Shown here: in pieces, positions 49,709 to 61,131 of the stretch | Numbering within the stretch: position 1 is the stretch's first letter | How the letters are laid out: each line of letters starts with the position of its first letter | Source: an uncultured Verrucomicrobiae bacterium | GTDB lineage: Bacteria; Verrucomicrobiota; Verrucomicrobiia; Chthoniobacterales; UBA10450 | Length of the DNA stretch: 64,000 nt | Assembly: GCA_963756875.1 (NCBI GenBank) | Contig: CAVWPA010000003.1 | Coordinates: forward strand, 1,536,001-1,600,000 | Direction of reading: 5' to 3' | Program-made: the position numbers and the translations under genes | The notes under the pieces: model-generated | Told to the model about the DNA's origin: nothing | Seen by the model: only the letters and a program-made list of their open reading frames with translations | Databases searched by the model: none

Positions 49709-50038
49709 ATGGACTTATCACTCAGAGATCTTGAACGTGCAGTGTCGATTCGGCGACAGATTGACGGACTGCAGAAACAACTGTCGGCGATAATGGGCGG
49801 GAGCAGCGGGAGTACCGGAGGTGGTGGAGGCCGGCGGCGCCGGCATTTGTCAGCCGCAGCGCGGGCCAAGATCGCAGCAGCAGCAAGAGCTCGCTGGGCG
49901 AGAGTGAGACGAGGAAATAGCGCAAAAGCAAAACGTCCAGCCCGGAAGCGCCGGCTTTCAGCTGCCGGTCGCAAGAGACTTTCGGACCTAATGAAAGCTC
50001 GATGGGCAGCGAGACGACGGAGCCAGGCTAGAAGATAA
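49709..50038 (+). CDS. Small Arg/Ala-rich basic protein, possible nucleoid-associated protein
   Basis: Coiled-coil N-terminus plus two LSAA.R.....ARWA repeats. Confidence 0.75.
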   Translation: MDLSLRDLERAVSIRRQIDGLQKQLSAIMGGSSGSTGGGGGRRRRHLSAAARAKIAAAARARWARVRRGNSAKAKRPARKRRLSAAGRKRLSDLMKARWAARRRSQARR

Positions 50039-50058
50039 GCGGGTAGCAAAAGCAGTTA

Positions 50059-50138
50059 GGACCCATCTTAAAAAAGGATGGGTGCGGAGCCAGGATTGCG
50101 GGACTGACAGGCAAACCGCAGACTCTTGTTGCGGTTTC
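50059..50138. terminator. Two hairpins between convergent genes (possible terminators)
   Basis: acccatctt..aggatgggt; aaaccgca..tgcggttt. Confidence 0.4.
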
Positions 50139-50145
50139 GTGCCGT

Positions 50146-51135
50146 CTAGCGGCTGAGTAGTTTCATCATTGCTTCGGGATAGCGCGAACCGGCGAATGCG
50201 TCTTTTGGCGCGACCTCGTCGATGCGCGCCAGGTCTTCGCCGGTAAGGTTTACGTCAAGCGCACCGATATTCTCCTGCAGATATTTTCGGCGCTTGGTGC
50301 CGGGAATTGGAACAATGTCGTCGCCTTGCGCGAGCACCCACGCCAGAGCGAGTTGCGCGGGCGTGCAGCGTTTCTCGCGAGCGATCCCTTCGACCCGTTT
50401 CACCAAATCGAGATTGCGCTGGAAATTTTTGTCCTGAAAGCGCGGTGTCGTGCGCCGGTAATCATCCTGCGGCAAATCTTCGGGTTTCTGAATCTTCCCC
50501 GTCAAAAACCCGCGGCCGAGTGGACTGTAGGGAACGAAACCGATTCCAAGTTCGCGACAAACACCCAGGACCTCATCCTCCGGGTCGCGCGTCCAAAGCG
50601 AATACTCGGACTGCAATGCCGTGATGGGATGAACCGAATGTGCGCGTCGAATGTTTTCCGCGCTGGCTTCCGACAAACCGAGAAAGCGCACTTTCCCCTG
50701 ATGTACGAGTTCTGCCATCGCGCCAACTGTTTCCTCGATCGGCGTGTCGGGGTCGACCCGATGTTGATAATAAAGGTCGATCACGTCGATCTTGAGCCGG
50801 CGCAAACTTGCTTCGCACGATTGACGCACATAATCGGGTTTGCCATTGATCCCGCGGAACTGCGCCTTGTCGGGGTCGCGAACAATTCCGAATTTGGTCG
50901 CGATGATCACCTGTTTTCGGTGGGCCTTTAATGCGCGACCGACCAGTTGTTCGTTTGTGTGTGGGCCGTACACGTCGGCTGTATCGAAGAAAGTAATTCC
51001 CAGTTCGATTGCGCGCTGCATGGTGGCGAGCGATTCCTGCTCATCGCGGTCGCCATAAAAATCCGACATCCCCATGCAACCGAGACCCATGGCGGAAACA
51101 ATCGGGCCACCTCGTCCCAACTTTCGTTGCTTCAT
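50146..51135 (-). CDS. Aldo/keto reductase
   Basis: [37 protein letters not shown]. Confidence 0.95.
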   Translation of the reverse strand: MKQRKLGRGGPIVSAMGLGCMGMSDFYGDRDEQESLATMQRAIELGITFFDTADVYGPHTNEQLVGRALKAHRKQVIIATKFGIVRDPDKAQFRGINGKPDYVRQSCEASLRRLKIDVIDLYYQHRVDPDTPIEETVGAMAELVHQGKVRFLGLSEASAENIRRAHSVHPITALQSEYSLWTRDPEDEVLGVCRELGIGFVPYSPLGRGFLTGKIQKPEDLPQDDYRRTTPRFQDKNFQRNLDLVKRVEGIAREKRCTPAQLALAWVLAQGDDIVPIPGTKRRKYLQENIGALDVNLTGEDLARIDEVAPKDAFAGSRYPEAMMKLLSR

Positions 51136-51493
51136 GGGACAACCTTACAAAAAGTCTCGGAAGCTCCAAGTCCCAAGCACCAAATCCCAGAGAAACTTCA
51201 AACTCCAAGCTTCAAAGAGTGTCCCCGTTTTTGAAGTTTGGATCCTGGACATTCCCTGGAGCTTGGAACCTGGAGCCTGGGATTTCCGGCTGCCGAGCTT
51301 GGCCGACTGTCGGTCAGATCTGGCCAATCCAGATGCGCGGCGCGACTTCATTTTCTCCAGATTGTAATCGCGCAAAAAATCGTAGTTCAATTTGCGGAGC
51401 CGTTCCCAATATTCGTGATGATACGAATTCATTGGGCGATGTGCAAAGCATCGAAACGAAGTTATCGGCACAGCGTTCGTCCAATGCTGTTGT

Positions 51494-52972
51494 CTAGCTT
51501 TCGCGTGTTGCCAGTTCGGAAAGTTTTTGGATCATTCCCCGGAAAATGAGCGCGTGGATCGGGTAAAGGCCGTACCAGTAAATGAGTCCAAGCAAGCCTT
51601 TCGGCGCGAAGAAGGCGGTCTGCGTGAGCAACGGCCGCGGGTCGTGATCTTGCGCTTTGACTTCGAATTGCAGCCACGCTTTGCCGGGTAATTTCATCTC
51701 TGCGCGCAAGCGCATCATACGCCCGGGATCGAGGGCTTCGACCCGCCAAAAATCGAGCGCTTCTCCCACGCACACCGCATTGGCGTCGCGCCGCCCCGGG
51801 CGCGATCCCACCCCGCCAAGCAAGCGATCGAAGGCGCCGCGGATGCGCCATGCCCAATTCATGTAAAGCCATCCACGCGCGCCTCCCAGCCCGGTAAACA
51901 CACGGAAGATTGCCTCAGCCGGCGCATCGACAGCGATCTGCCGACGCTCGATGATCATGCCTTCATGCGTAGCGAGAGCGACAGGCGTCACATCGCGCCG
52001 GCCGGTAGCGAGCGAGTCGCCCCACGTAGTCTCGACCTTGTGAGCCTCCAGTTTTTCGAGCGCGAGTTTCACTGCGATTCGATAGTCCAGCGGCTTAATC
52101 GATGGAAAAAGACGACGCGCAAGATCGTCGCGCACGATGATTTCATTGCGCAGGCCGGCGACGAGCGGACGCGCGATGGAGGCGGGAATGGGCGTGACCA
52201 AGTGAACCCAATATGAGGAAAGCTTTGGCGTGAGCACAGGCACTGGCAGGAGCCAGCGGCGCAGCCCGCGGACTTCCGCGTAGAATGTGAGCATTTTGCC
52301 GTAAGTGATGACGTCGGCGCCGCCGATCTCGATCGTGCGACCGGTACTCTCGGAGACGCACAGCGCCGTAATGAGATAATCAAGCACGTTGCGAATAGCG
52401 ATCGGTTGGATGCGCGTGAAAACCCATCGCGGGCAGATCATCACCGGCACGCGCTCGGTCAGGTAGCGAATGATCTCGAATGAAATGCTACCTGACCCGA
52501 CGATGACACCCGCGCGAAACTCGGTTACGGGCACGCCGCTCTCGCGCAGCGCATTGCCCGTTTCGTGACGCGAGCGGAGATGCGCTGATAGTGCCGTCGA
52601 CGTGTCGCCCAGGCCGCCGAGATAAATAATACGGGCGACGTTTGCCTGTTTCGCACTCGCTCCGAAATTCCGTGCCGCTAACACATCCCGCTCGAAAAAA
52701 TCGGAGCCTGCTCCGAGGCTGTGCACGAGGTAATAGGCTGCCGTCACGTCGCGCATCGCGGGAGCCAGCGTTTCCTGGCGCAGGACATCGCCCTCAACCA
52801 ATTCGACCTCTCCGCTCCATGGCCTTTTCCGCAGGCGCTCAGTGTCCCGCGCAAGGCATCGCACTCGAAACCCTGCCTCGAGCAGTCGCGGCACAAGCCG
52901 GCCGCCGATGTATCCGGTTCCACCAGTCACGAGCACGAGCGGCTTCATTGTTTCGGCGCTTGTCCTGTTCAT
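51494..52972 (-). CDS. Atypical SDR / NAD(P)H-binding protein with DUF2867 domain
   Basis: VTGGTGYIGG, GSGSISFE, LDFWRVE, RAEMKLPG.AWL. Confidence 0.88.
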   Translation of the reverse strand: MNRTSAETMKPLVLVTGGTGYIGGRLVPRLLEAGFRVRCLARDTERLRKRPWSGEVELVEGDVLRQETLAPAMRDVTAAYYLVHSLGAGSDFFERDVLAARNFGASAKQANVARIIYLGGLGDTSTALSAHLRSRHETGNALRESGVPVTEFRAGVIVGSGSISFEIIRYLTERVPVMICPRWVFTRIQPIAIRNVLDYLITALCVSESTGRTIEIGGADVITYGKMLTFYAEVRGLRRWLLPVPVLTPKLSSYWVHLVTPIPASIARPLVAGLRNEIIVRDDLARRLFPSIKPLDYRIAVKLALEKLEAHKVETTWGDSLATGRRDVTPVALATHEGMIIERRQIAVDAPAEAIFRVFTGLGGARGWLYMNWAWRIRGAFDRLLGGVGSRPGRRDANAVCVGEALDFWRVEALDPGRMMRLRAEMKLPGKAWLQFEVKAQDHDPRPLLTQTAFFAPKGLLGLIYWYGLYPIHALIFRGMIQKLSELATRES

Positions 52973-53052
52973 CGCTCAGCGATTCCCCGCCTGGGAATTG
53001 ACGCGGATCATCGCTTCATTGCGACGCATGAACAGCGGAGTCCAGGCGGATG

Positions 53053-54117
53053 TCACGGATAAGTCGAAAGAATCTGCGTTATCCGCGTAATCTGCGGTTG
53101 AAAGGAGAGGCGCACTTTTCCGGTGCCGCGCACAATCCTGCCGATTCGTTTCGCGCGCAGGATCGACATGGCGCGTTTTGCATTTCGTGCGGAAACGATT
53201 GCCACCATGCCGACGCCCATGTTGAAGACCTGATACATTTCGACGCGATTCACGCGTCCCTGTTCCTGCAAAATTTCGAAAATACGCGGCACGCGCCAGC
53301 TTCTGGTTTCGACGACCGCATCGCAGTTTTTGGGAAGGATACGCGGCAGATTATCGATTAATCCGCCACCTGTGATGTGAGCGGCGCCCTTGATCATGCG
53401 GGAAGGCGCTTTCGCAAGAAGCGGCTGATAGTTCTTATGCACGCGCAAAAGTTCTTTGCCGACCGGGCCGGCTAATCCGGGCAGACGCGAGCCAGGCTTC
53501 AGTCGCATTTTCTCGAACAGGATTTTCCGCGCGAGCGAATAGCCGTTAGTGTGCAAGCCGTTGGACGCGAGACCAAGAACCACGTCGCCTGGTTTGATTT
53601 TGCCGCCGTCGATCATTTTGCTCCGATCGACCACGCCAACGATGCAGCCTGCGAGATCGTATTCGCCTTTCCGATACATCCCCGGCATCTGGGCGGTCTC
53701 GCCGCCGATCAACGCGCAGCCGGCGGATCGGCACGCCTGTGAAAATCCGCTCAGCAGTTGCTGAAAAACGCGTGGCTCGAGTCTTTCGCAACCGATGTAA
53801 TCCAGAAAAAATAGCGGACGCGCGCCGATGACCGCGATGTCGTTCACACAATGGTTCACGAGATCGGCGCCAACCGTGTCGTGTTTGTTCATCGCGAACG
53901 CGATTTTCAATTTGGTTCCCACGCCATCGATACTCGCGACCAGGACCGGATCGCGCATTCCGGGAAAATTGGCCCGGAACAATCCACCGAAGCCGCCGAG
54001 TTTCCCCAAAACCTGCGGACCGTGGGTCTGTTTGACGAACGATTGAATGCGCCGCTTGAGCTTGTTGCCGAGATCGACATCGACGCCCGCGCGTGCGTAA
54101 GCTTTTCTTGTTCTCAT
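53053..54117 (-). CDS. purM: Phosphoribosylformylglycinamidine cyclo-ligase
   Basis: YARAGVD, DGVGTKL, GGETAQMPG, SNGLHTNGYSL, HITGGG, FNMGVG. Confidence 0.95.
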   Translation of the reverse strand: MRTRKAYARAGVDVDLGNKLKRRIQSFVKQTHGPQVLGKLGGFGGLFRANFPGMRDPVLVASIDGVGTKLKIAFAMNKHDTVGADLVNHCVNDIAVIGARPLFFLDYIGCERLEPRVFQQLLSGFSQACRSAGCALIGGETAQMPGMYRKGEYDLAGCIVGVVDRSKMIDGGKIKPGDVVLGLASNGLHTNGYSLARKILFEKMRLKPGSRLPGLAGPVGKELLRVHKNYQPLLAKAPSRMIKGAAHITGGGLIDNLPRILPKNCDAVVETRSWRVPRIFEILQEQGRVNRVEMYQVFNMGVGMVAIVSARNAKRAMSILRAKRIGRIVRGTGKVRLSFQPQITRITQILSTYP

Positions 54118-54186
54118 CGGAAATGGAGGGACGCGCTCTGTGGCGTCCCAAGAATTAATGGGACATGACGGCGCATGTCCCTCCAA

Positions 54187-55687
54187 TCATTTGAGATCGG
54201 CGAACAGTGTTGGTTGCGTCTCCTCGTCGGCGAGCGCTTTGGAACGGGCTTCGCGTTTTTCCATGATAAATTTGTCGAGCGCGGGATCGACGGGCAGGGG
54301 ATAATTGCCGGTGAAACAGGCGAGGCAAAATTCGTTCATCGGTCTTCCCGTTGCGCGCACCATTCCCTCAACGTCGAGGTAACCAAGGCTGTCCACGCCG
54401 AGATATTTGCGGATCTCTTCCATCGACATCTGGTTGGCGATCAGTTTTTGGGGATCCGGGAAATCGATTCCGTAATGGCAGGCGAAACGATGCGGCGGGC
54501 AGCTTACTCGCATGTGCACTTCTTTTGCACCGGCCTCGCGAAGGTTGACAACGCGGGCCCGGGCCGTGGTCCCGCGCACAATGGAATCATCGATGACGAC
54601 CACTCGTTTTCCTTCGACCATTTCCTTGATCAAGATTCAACTTTACCCGCACATCGAAATCGCGAATGAGCTGGCTGGGCTGCAGGAACGTGCGCCCGAT
54701 GTAGTGATTGCGCACAAACGCGTGCTGGTAGGGAATCTTCAGTTCCTCCGCAAAACCGAGCGCCGCATAATTTCCCGAGTCGGGCACCGGCACGACGATA
54801 TCGGCATCGACAGGGAATTGGCGTGCCAGCTCGCGGCCCATCTCCGTCCGGACTTTGCCGACATTGACGCCGCCCATCATGCTGTCGGGCCGGGAGAAGT
54901 AAACATATTCAAACATGCAAAAGGCCGGCTGCTCCGGCTGAAACGGGAATTCCGAGCGCATTCCATTTTCGTCGATGATCAACACTTCGCCCGGTTGGAT
55001 TTCGCGAATAAACTCCGCGTGAATGAGATCGAACGCGCACGTTTCGGAGGCGAGGATGTAGGCGCCGTCGAGTTTGCCTAACGAAAGCGGCCGCCAGCCG
55101 AACGGATCGCGCACTGCAATGAATTCGCGTTCGCTCATGATGAGCAGCGAAAACGCGCCTTCGATTCGCCGCAACGCCGCCAGAACGTTGCCGCCGTTCT
55201 CGGAGGGCTGGGCCAGCAGATGCAGAATGATCTCGCTGTCGGCTGTTGTTTGAAAAATGGAGCCTTTGCGCTCCAGCTCGTCGCGCAAAATATCCGCGTT
55301 AATCAAATTGCCATTGTGGGCAATTGCCATCTGTCCGCGAACGCAATCGACCACGAACGGTTGCGCATTTTTAATCGTGCTGGTGCCGGTTGTGGAATAA
55401 CGCGTGTGACCGATGGCGCGCCGCCCTTTGAGTTTCTCCAGTTCGACCTGGCCGAATACCTGGGAGACCAACCCCATGTCTTTGTGAATGAGAAACGAGG
55501 TGCCGGGGCCGTTGCTTGTCACGATGCCGGCGCTTTCCTGCCCGCGATGCTGAAGAGCGAAAAGTCCGTAATAGGTCAGCACGGCAGCGTTCGGATGCCC
55601 GAACACGCCAAAGAGCCCGCATTCATGCTGCGGATAGGCCTCCGCGTCGGTTAACTCGCGCGTGTCGATCTTGTCCAGGAAGGGCAC
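54187..55687 (-). CDS. purF: Amidophosphoribosyltransferase (apparent frameshift ~54632; start uncertain)
   Basis: ECGLFG, LQHRGQESAG, GHTRYST, PVPDSG, then DDSIVRGTT in the next frame. Confidence 0.93.
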
Positions 55688-55730
55688 ACCAAATGATCCA
55701 CTAAATCGATCAGCATTCAATTGGGCAATT

Positions 55731-55787
55731 TTGGAGTGCGCGGACATGTCCGCGCTTTTAAAGCGGCGACATGTCGCCGCACTCCAA
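55731..55787. repeat. REP doublet (copy 1 of direct repeat flanking RAYT)
   Basis: ttggagtgcgcggacatgtccgcgc..gcggcgacatgtcgccgcactccaa. Confidence 0.9.
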
Positions 55788-55789
55788 CA

Positions 55790-56317
55790 TCAAAAATCGT
55801 CGGGGAGTTTTAGTCTATCAGTCTTGAAATTCTTCACCGACTCCGCGAAGGCTGGCGACGCGTTTCGCAAGAACCATGCAGCCGAACACCATTTATAATT
55901 CTCCGCTACCGGTGCAATCCCGTGTCGCACCGGATTGTAATGAACATAGCTTAATCGCGCCAGGTACGACCGCTCGAACGTGATGTGGCTTTCCCAATAC
56001 TGAAACCACACTTTCCGCCCCGGTGCGTTGTCCCAGCGGTTTAGTTGTTTTGCCGTCTGCATGTGCAGTTTGCTCACAAACTTTCGGAGACTTTTGGGGT
56101 TGCGAGGTGAGGCCGCGATGAAGTGGTAGTGATTTGCCAGCACCGACCAAGCGCGCAGGTCCCACCCGAATTCACCAGCGCGCGCGAAGAGAGATTGCAA
56201 AAAGAAATCCAGCCTCATCGGCGAATTCAAATGTGGCCGTTTCAGGTATGTGCCTGCCGTGACCATGTACGATCCACGCTCAAAAAGCCAATGGGACGGC
56301 CCGTGTGGCCAATTCAT
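55790..56317 (-). CDS. REP-associated tyrosine transposase (RAYT, Y1 HUH)
   Basis: YMVTAGT, WSVLANHYHF, WFQYWE, YVHYNPVRHG, YKWCSA. Confidence 0.9.
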   Translation of the reverse strand: MNWPHGPSHWLFERGSYMVTAGTYLKRPHLNSPMRLDFFLQSLFARAGEFGWDLRAWSVLANHYHFIAASPRNPKSLRKFVSKLHMQTAKQLNRWDNAPGRKVWFQYWESHITFERSYLARLSYVHYNPVRHGIAPVAENYKWCSAAWFLRNASPAFAESVKNFKTDRLKLPDDF

Positions 56318-56359
56318 GGAAGGTGATTGCCTAAAACAAAATTGCGCGGCAAGAACATT

Positions 56360-56416
56360 TTGGAGTGCGCGGACATGTTCGCGCTTTTAAAGCGGCGACA
56401 TGTCGCCGCACTCCAA
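56360..56416. repeat. REP doublet (copy 2, one mismatch to copy 1)
   Basis: 57-bp direct repeat of 55731-55787. Confidence 0.9.
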
Positions 56417-56418
56417 GA

Positions 56419-58885
56419 TCACAGACTTGGAACGGACTCGGCGAAATCGCTTTCCACCGCGCGGCGGATGGCGTTCCACCAATCGTCGTAAAGATCGGCA
56501 ATCGGCCAGCGGAAGTCTTCGTCGCTCAGGCGGATGCGAAGCTCGTTTCCGCCGACTTTGCCAAGCTGCTGAAACGGAACGTCGCGCTCGCGCAGAGCCG
56601 ATATGGTTTTTTCCAGATTGTTTTCGGCGATGGAAATCACGATCCGCGATTGCGCCTCGTTGAAGAGAATTTCCGCTGTGGAGGCAGGCGTGTCGCCTGC
56701 ATCGCGGCCCACACGGCCGCCACTACGGCTACAATCGATATCCGCGCCGAGAAGGCTGTCCGGATTGAAGCAACATTCGGCGAGGGCAACCGCGAGGCCG
56801 CCTTCGCTGCAATCGTGGGCACTCTTCACGAGGCCTTCCCGAATTAAATCGCGCACTGCATTTTGGATTTTGATTTCGTGCGCCAGATCGACATGAGGGG
56901 GCGGGCCCTCCTTCCGACCGAGGCAGACTTTCAAAAATTGCGAGCCGCCAAGACTTGGAGGGACGACCAGAGCCAGCCCGCTGCGGCGGGTGTCGTCCGA
57001 ATTTTGGGACGCGACAGAGCGCGTCCCTCCAACCAGAATGATGGCGTCGCCGGCATTTTTGAACCATTGCGTCGTGATGTGCTTTTCGTCGTCGATCAGG
57101 CCGACCATGCCAACGGTCGGCGTTGGATCGACCACTCCGGAGGGGCTCTCATTATATAGAGAGACATTTCCGCCCGTGACCGGGGTACCGAAAGCCCGGC
57201 AGGCTTCGGCAACTCCCTCGACCGCTTCGCGCAATTGCCAGAAATTTTCCGGCTTGTAGGGGTTGCCGAAATTCAAATTGTCGGTTACAGCGAGCGGCTT
57301 CGCGCCTGAGCAGGTAAGATTCCGCGCCGCTTCGGCAACGGCGATTTTGCCGCCTTCGCGCGGATCGAGCCGGCAGTAGAGCGAATTGCAATCGGTGGTC
57401 GCGGCGAGAATTTTGTTCGCATAACGGACGAAAAAGACGGCGGCATCCGAGCCCGGTTTTACGACCGTGCCGGTGCGAACAGTGTGATCGTATTGGCGAT
57501 AAACCCAATTCTTCGAGGCAATGGTGGGATTACGAAGCAACTGGCGAAGCGCGGAGTGAGCGTCGATTTTGGAAAGATCTTGTAGCCACGGCCCTGCGGG
57601 CTGTCCTTTCCCGACGCGCCACAGGCGCGTGGCTACAGCCGGCGGTTTGGCTTCGCGCGAGTAAAGAGGCGCTTCGTCCGCGAGCGGTTTTGCCGGAATT
57701 TCGGCGGCGATCGTGCCGTTGTTGCGCACGCGCATCATTCCATCGTCGGTAACGCGTCCGATTTCCGCGCAGGGCACGTCCCATTTGTCGAAGATCTCGC
57801 GAACGACATTTTCTTTTCCATGTTTCGCGATGATCAACATGCGTTCCTGCGATTCGCTAAGCAGAATTTCGTATGGCGTCATTCGGGGTTCGCGTTTTGG
57901 CACCTTGGCGAGGTCGATTTCGATGCCGGTGCCGCCGCGGCTCGCAGTTTCGCAGGTGGAACAGGTCAGGCCGGCCGCGCCCATATCCTGGATGCCGGCG
58001 ACCGCGTCCGCGCGCCAGAAGTTCCAGGCACGCTTCGAGCAATAATTTTTCTTTGAATGGATCGCCGACCTGGACGGCCGGACGATCCTCGCGTGATTGT
58101 TCGGTGAGTTCGCGCGAGGCAAACGCGGCGCCGGCCAGACCGTCACGCCCTGTTTCTGCGCCGACATAGAAAACCGGATTGCCAATGCCGCGCGCCGCGC
58201 CGCGCGCGAACTGGTCGTGACGCAAAACGCCAAGGCAAAAGACATTCACGAGCGGATTGCCTTCGAAGCTTTCATCGAAATAAATTTCACCGCCGATGGT
58301 CGGGATGCCGATGCAATTGCCGTAATGCGCGATGCCGGAGACAACGCCGGTAAAGAGCCGCCGGTTGGCGGCGATGCTGGATGCTCGATTCTTGATACTT
58401 GATGATTCGCCGCGCGCCTCCGATCCAGCATCGAGTATCGAGTATCGAGTATCTTCTGTGATTGGTCCGAAGCGCAGCGAATTGAGACAAAACTCCGGAC
58501 GCGCGCCCATGGTGAAAATATCGCGGATGATTCCGCCCACGCCGGTGGCTGCGCCTTGAAAAGGCTCGATGGCGCTGGGGTGATTATGGCTTTCGATTTT
58601 GAATGCAATGGCCCAGCCATCACCGATATCGACGACTCCGGCGTTTTCTTCTCCGGCTTTCACCAGGATGTTAGGCCCCGTGGTGGGAAATTTTCTCAAC
58701 TCTTTGCGAGAATTTTTGTACGAGCAATGCTCGCTCCACATGACGGAGAAGATTCCGAGCTCGGTAAAATTCGGATCGCGTCCGAGGATTTTCCTGATGC
58801 GCTCGAATTCCTCCGGCGTAAGGCCGTGTTCCGCCACAAGTTGCGGAGTAACAGGCGGGTCGAGAGTCGGAGCTGAACTACTCAT
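56419..58885 (-). CDS. purL: FGAM synthase II (small PurL) with four in-frame repeat insertions; apparent frameshift ~58010
   Basis: [56 protein letters not shown]. Confidence 0.94.
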
Positions 58886-59121
58886 CGGCGCTTTACGTTA
58901 GCGAGTGCATGCGTCTGCTCAACTCGCGAAAGATATCAGCGTGAACGGCGCAAAATGGTCATTCGCTCGAATCGCGGGGCGGCAACAGGAAGGCGCTACC
59001 TTCCCAAGAGAGGGAAGCTAACAGCTTCCCCTACAGAACAAGACATTCGACGGACGCCTCGGAGAGGCGCCCATAGCTGCCATAGATTTGCGTTTCCGGC
59101 GCAAATCGCAGAACATTGCGC

Positions 59122-60540
59122 ATGGCTTTTGATCTGAAGGAGATCGTGGCGGCGCGATTGGGTGAAAATTACGAGCTGCACGAGAAGCACATCAACCGGA
59201 CACTGGTCGCCGCGCAGCGCGTCATCGGGTTCGACAAGGTCTATGCGCGGGCCGAGGGCGCGTACCTGTACGACATGGATAACCAGCCGTATCTCGATTT
59301 TCTGAGCGGCTACAGCGTTTTCAACATCGGCCGCAATCATCCGGTGGTGAAACAGGCGATCCGCGACGTGCTCGATCTCGATTTGCCGAACATGGTGCAG
59401 ATGGATTGTTCGCTTTTAAGTGGATTGCTCGCTGAAGCGATCGTGAAACGCACGCCGCCGCATCTCGATGCCGTTTTCTTTTGCAATTCTGGCACCGAGG
59501 CGATGGAAGGCGCCCTGAAGTTCGCGCGCGCCGCGACCGGCCGGAAACGGGTCGTTTCTCTGGCAAGCGCATTTCACGGATTAAGCCTCGGCTCGCTTTC
59601 TTTGATGGGCTGCGAAAGTTTCACCGAAGGTTTTGGACCGCTCATGGAGGGATTCGATGCCCGGGTAGCGATCGACGATCTCGATGAATTGGATCGGCAG
59701 CTGCGTTCGGGTGACGTGGCGGCGTTCGTGATTGAGACGGTGCAAGGCAAAGGCTGCCAAACACCCAGGACCGATTTCTTTGTTCGCGCCCAGGAGCTTT
59801 GCCGCAAGTATGGAACGCTTTTGATTTCCGACGAAGTGCAGACCGGGCTCGGTCGCACCGGGAAGATGTTCGGTTTTCAACATTGGAATTTGGAGCCGGA
59901 CATTATTACCCTGGCGAAAACCTTGAGCGGCGGATATGTCCCGTGCGGCGCGATCGTGACGCGGCGCGACATTTATCAAAAAACGTTTTCGCGGATGGAT
60001 CGCTGTGTTGTTCACTCGACCACGTTCGGGCGGAACAATCTCGCCATGGCATGCGGGCTCGCCTCGCTGGAAGTGATCGATGACGAAAAGCTGGTCGAAA
60101 ATTCAGCAAAGGTGGGCGCGTTGTTGATGGAAAAAATCGACGCGTTGCGCTCGAAACATTCATTCATTAAAGAGGTGCGCGGTAAAGGACTCATGATCGG
60201 GATCGAGTTTCACGAGCCGACCGAGTTCAAGCTCAAGATGGCCTGGAAGCTTCTGCACAAGATCGACAAGGTGCTCTTCGCGCAAATGATCGTGACCCAA
60301 ATGTTGAGCAAGCATCGAATCCTCACACAAGTGGCCGGACACGCCATGGACGTGATGAAAATCCTGCCACCACTCATCATTGGCGAGCGCGAGGTGGACA
60401 TGTTTGTCAACGCGCTGGACGAGACGCTGACGGAATGCCGCAAGTTTCCCGGGCCAATGTGGGAGCTCGGAAACAATTTCGTGCGAGCGGCGATCGGTTC
60501 GAAGCGCGGATCGGAAACGCGACCAGCCGTCTCCGCGTAG
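59122..60540 (+). CDS. Class III aminotransferase, HpnO-like
   Basis: DFLSGYSVFNIGRNHP, NSGTEA, DEVQTGLGRTG, AKTLSGG, HSTTFG.N. Confidence 0.85.
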   Translation: MAFDLKEIVAARLGENYELHEKHINRTLVAAQRVIGFDKVYARAEGAYLYDMDNQPYLDFLSGYSVFNIGRNHPVVKQAIRDVLDLDLPNMVQMDCSLLSGLLAEAIVKRTPPHLDAVFFCNSGTEAMEGALKFARAATGRKRVVSLASAFHGLSLGSLSLMGCESFTEGFGPLMEGFDARVAIDDLDELDRQLRSGDVAAFVIETVQGKGCQTPRTDFFVRAQELCRKYGTLLISDEVQTGLGRTGKMFGFQHWNLEPDIITLAKTLSGGYVPCGAIVTRRDIYQKTFSRMDRCVVHSTTFGRNNLAMACGLASLEVIDDEKLVENSAKVGALLMEKIDALRSKHSFIKEVRGKGLMIGIEFHEPTEFKLKMAWKLLHKIDKVLFAQMIVTQMLSKHRILTQVAGHAMDVMKILPPLIIGEREVDMFVNALDETLTECRKFPGPMWELGNNFVRAAIGSKRGSETRPAVSA

Positions 60541-60565
60541 GAATACGAACGATATCTTGGGGAAG

Positions 60566-60644
60566 ATTGCAGGGCGGGCGCATCGCCTGCCGCGTTTTGA
60601 ATCCGGCGTTTTCGCCTCGGCAAGCGAGGCGCTTGCCCTACAAT
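60566..60644. repeat. GTAG-type REP doublet upstream of RAYT
   Basis: attgcagggcgggcgcatcgcctgcc ... ggcaagcgaggcgcttgccctacaat. Confidence 0.88.
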
Positions 60645-60654
60645 TCCAGACATC

Positions 60655-61131
60655 ATGGGCCATCCTCCCAGGATTCCGGTTTGGCTGCAGTGGGAACAAT
60701 CGGTGATGTATTTTATCACCATCTGTGTCGCAAATCCCAAACCCGTCTTGGCTAACGAAAATGCCTTCATCGCATTCAAAAATGCTGCAGCGAAACTGCG
60801 AGATTGGACCGTTCTGGCAGGGATCCTCATGCCGGACCACCTTCACGTTATCGTTGCACCAACAAAAGATCGCGATGCCAAGCTAGGCAATTTCACGGCT
60901 GCAATTAAACGCTGGATGCGGCAGGAAATACAAAGAGATGGCAACCGACGCGGTTGCCCTACAATATCGCAATGGCGCTGGCAGCCGGGGTCTTTCGATC
61001 GTCTCCTTCGTTCCGATGAATCGCTTCACGAAAAATGGCTCTATGTCGAAGAAAATCCGGTCCGCGCCGGTCTGGTGAAACGTTGGCAGGATTGGCCCTA
61101 TCGCTACGAGTTCAACGAGCCAAAATTGTAG
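60655..61131 (+). CDS. REP-associated tyrosine transposase (RAYT)
   Basis: YFITIC, LMPDHLH, WQPGSFDRLLR, YVEENPVRAGL, WPY. Confidence 0.92.
   Translation: MGHPPRIPVWLQWEQSVMYFITICVANPKPVLANENAFIAFKNAAAKLRDWTVLAGILMPDHLHVIVAPTKDRDAKLGNFTAAIKRWMRQEIQRDGNRRGCPTISQWRWQPGSFDRLLRSDESLHEKWLYVEENPVRAGLVKRWQDWPYRYEFNEPKL

Noticed and set aside
54187..58885. purF and purL as pseudogenes or programmed frameshifts
   Set aside because: Single-base indels without slippery motifs. Similar indels are scattered through unrelated genes (TPR, intI, cassettes), and the proteins are otherwise well conserved, so sequencing error is most likely.
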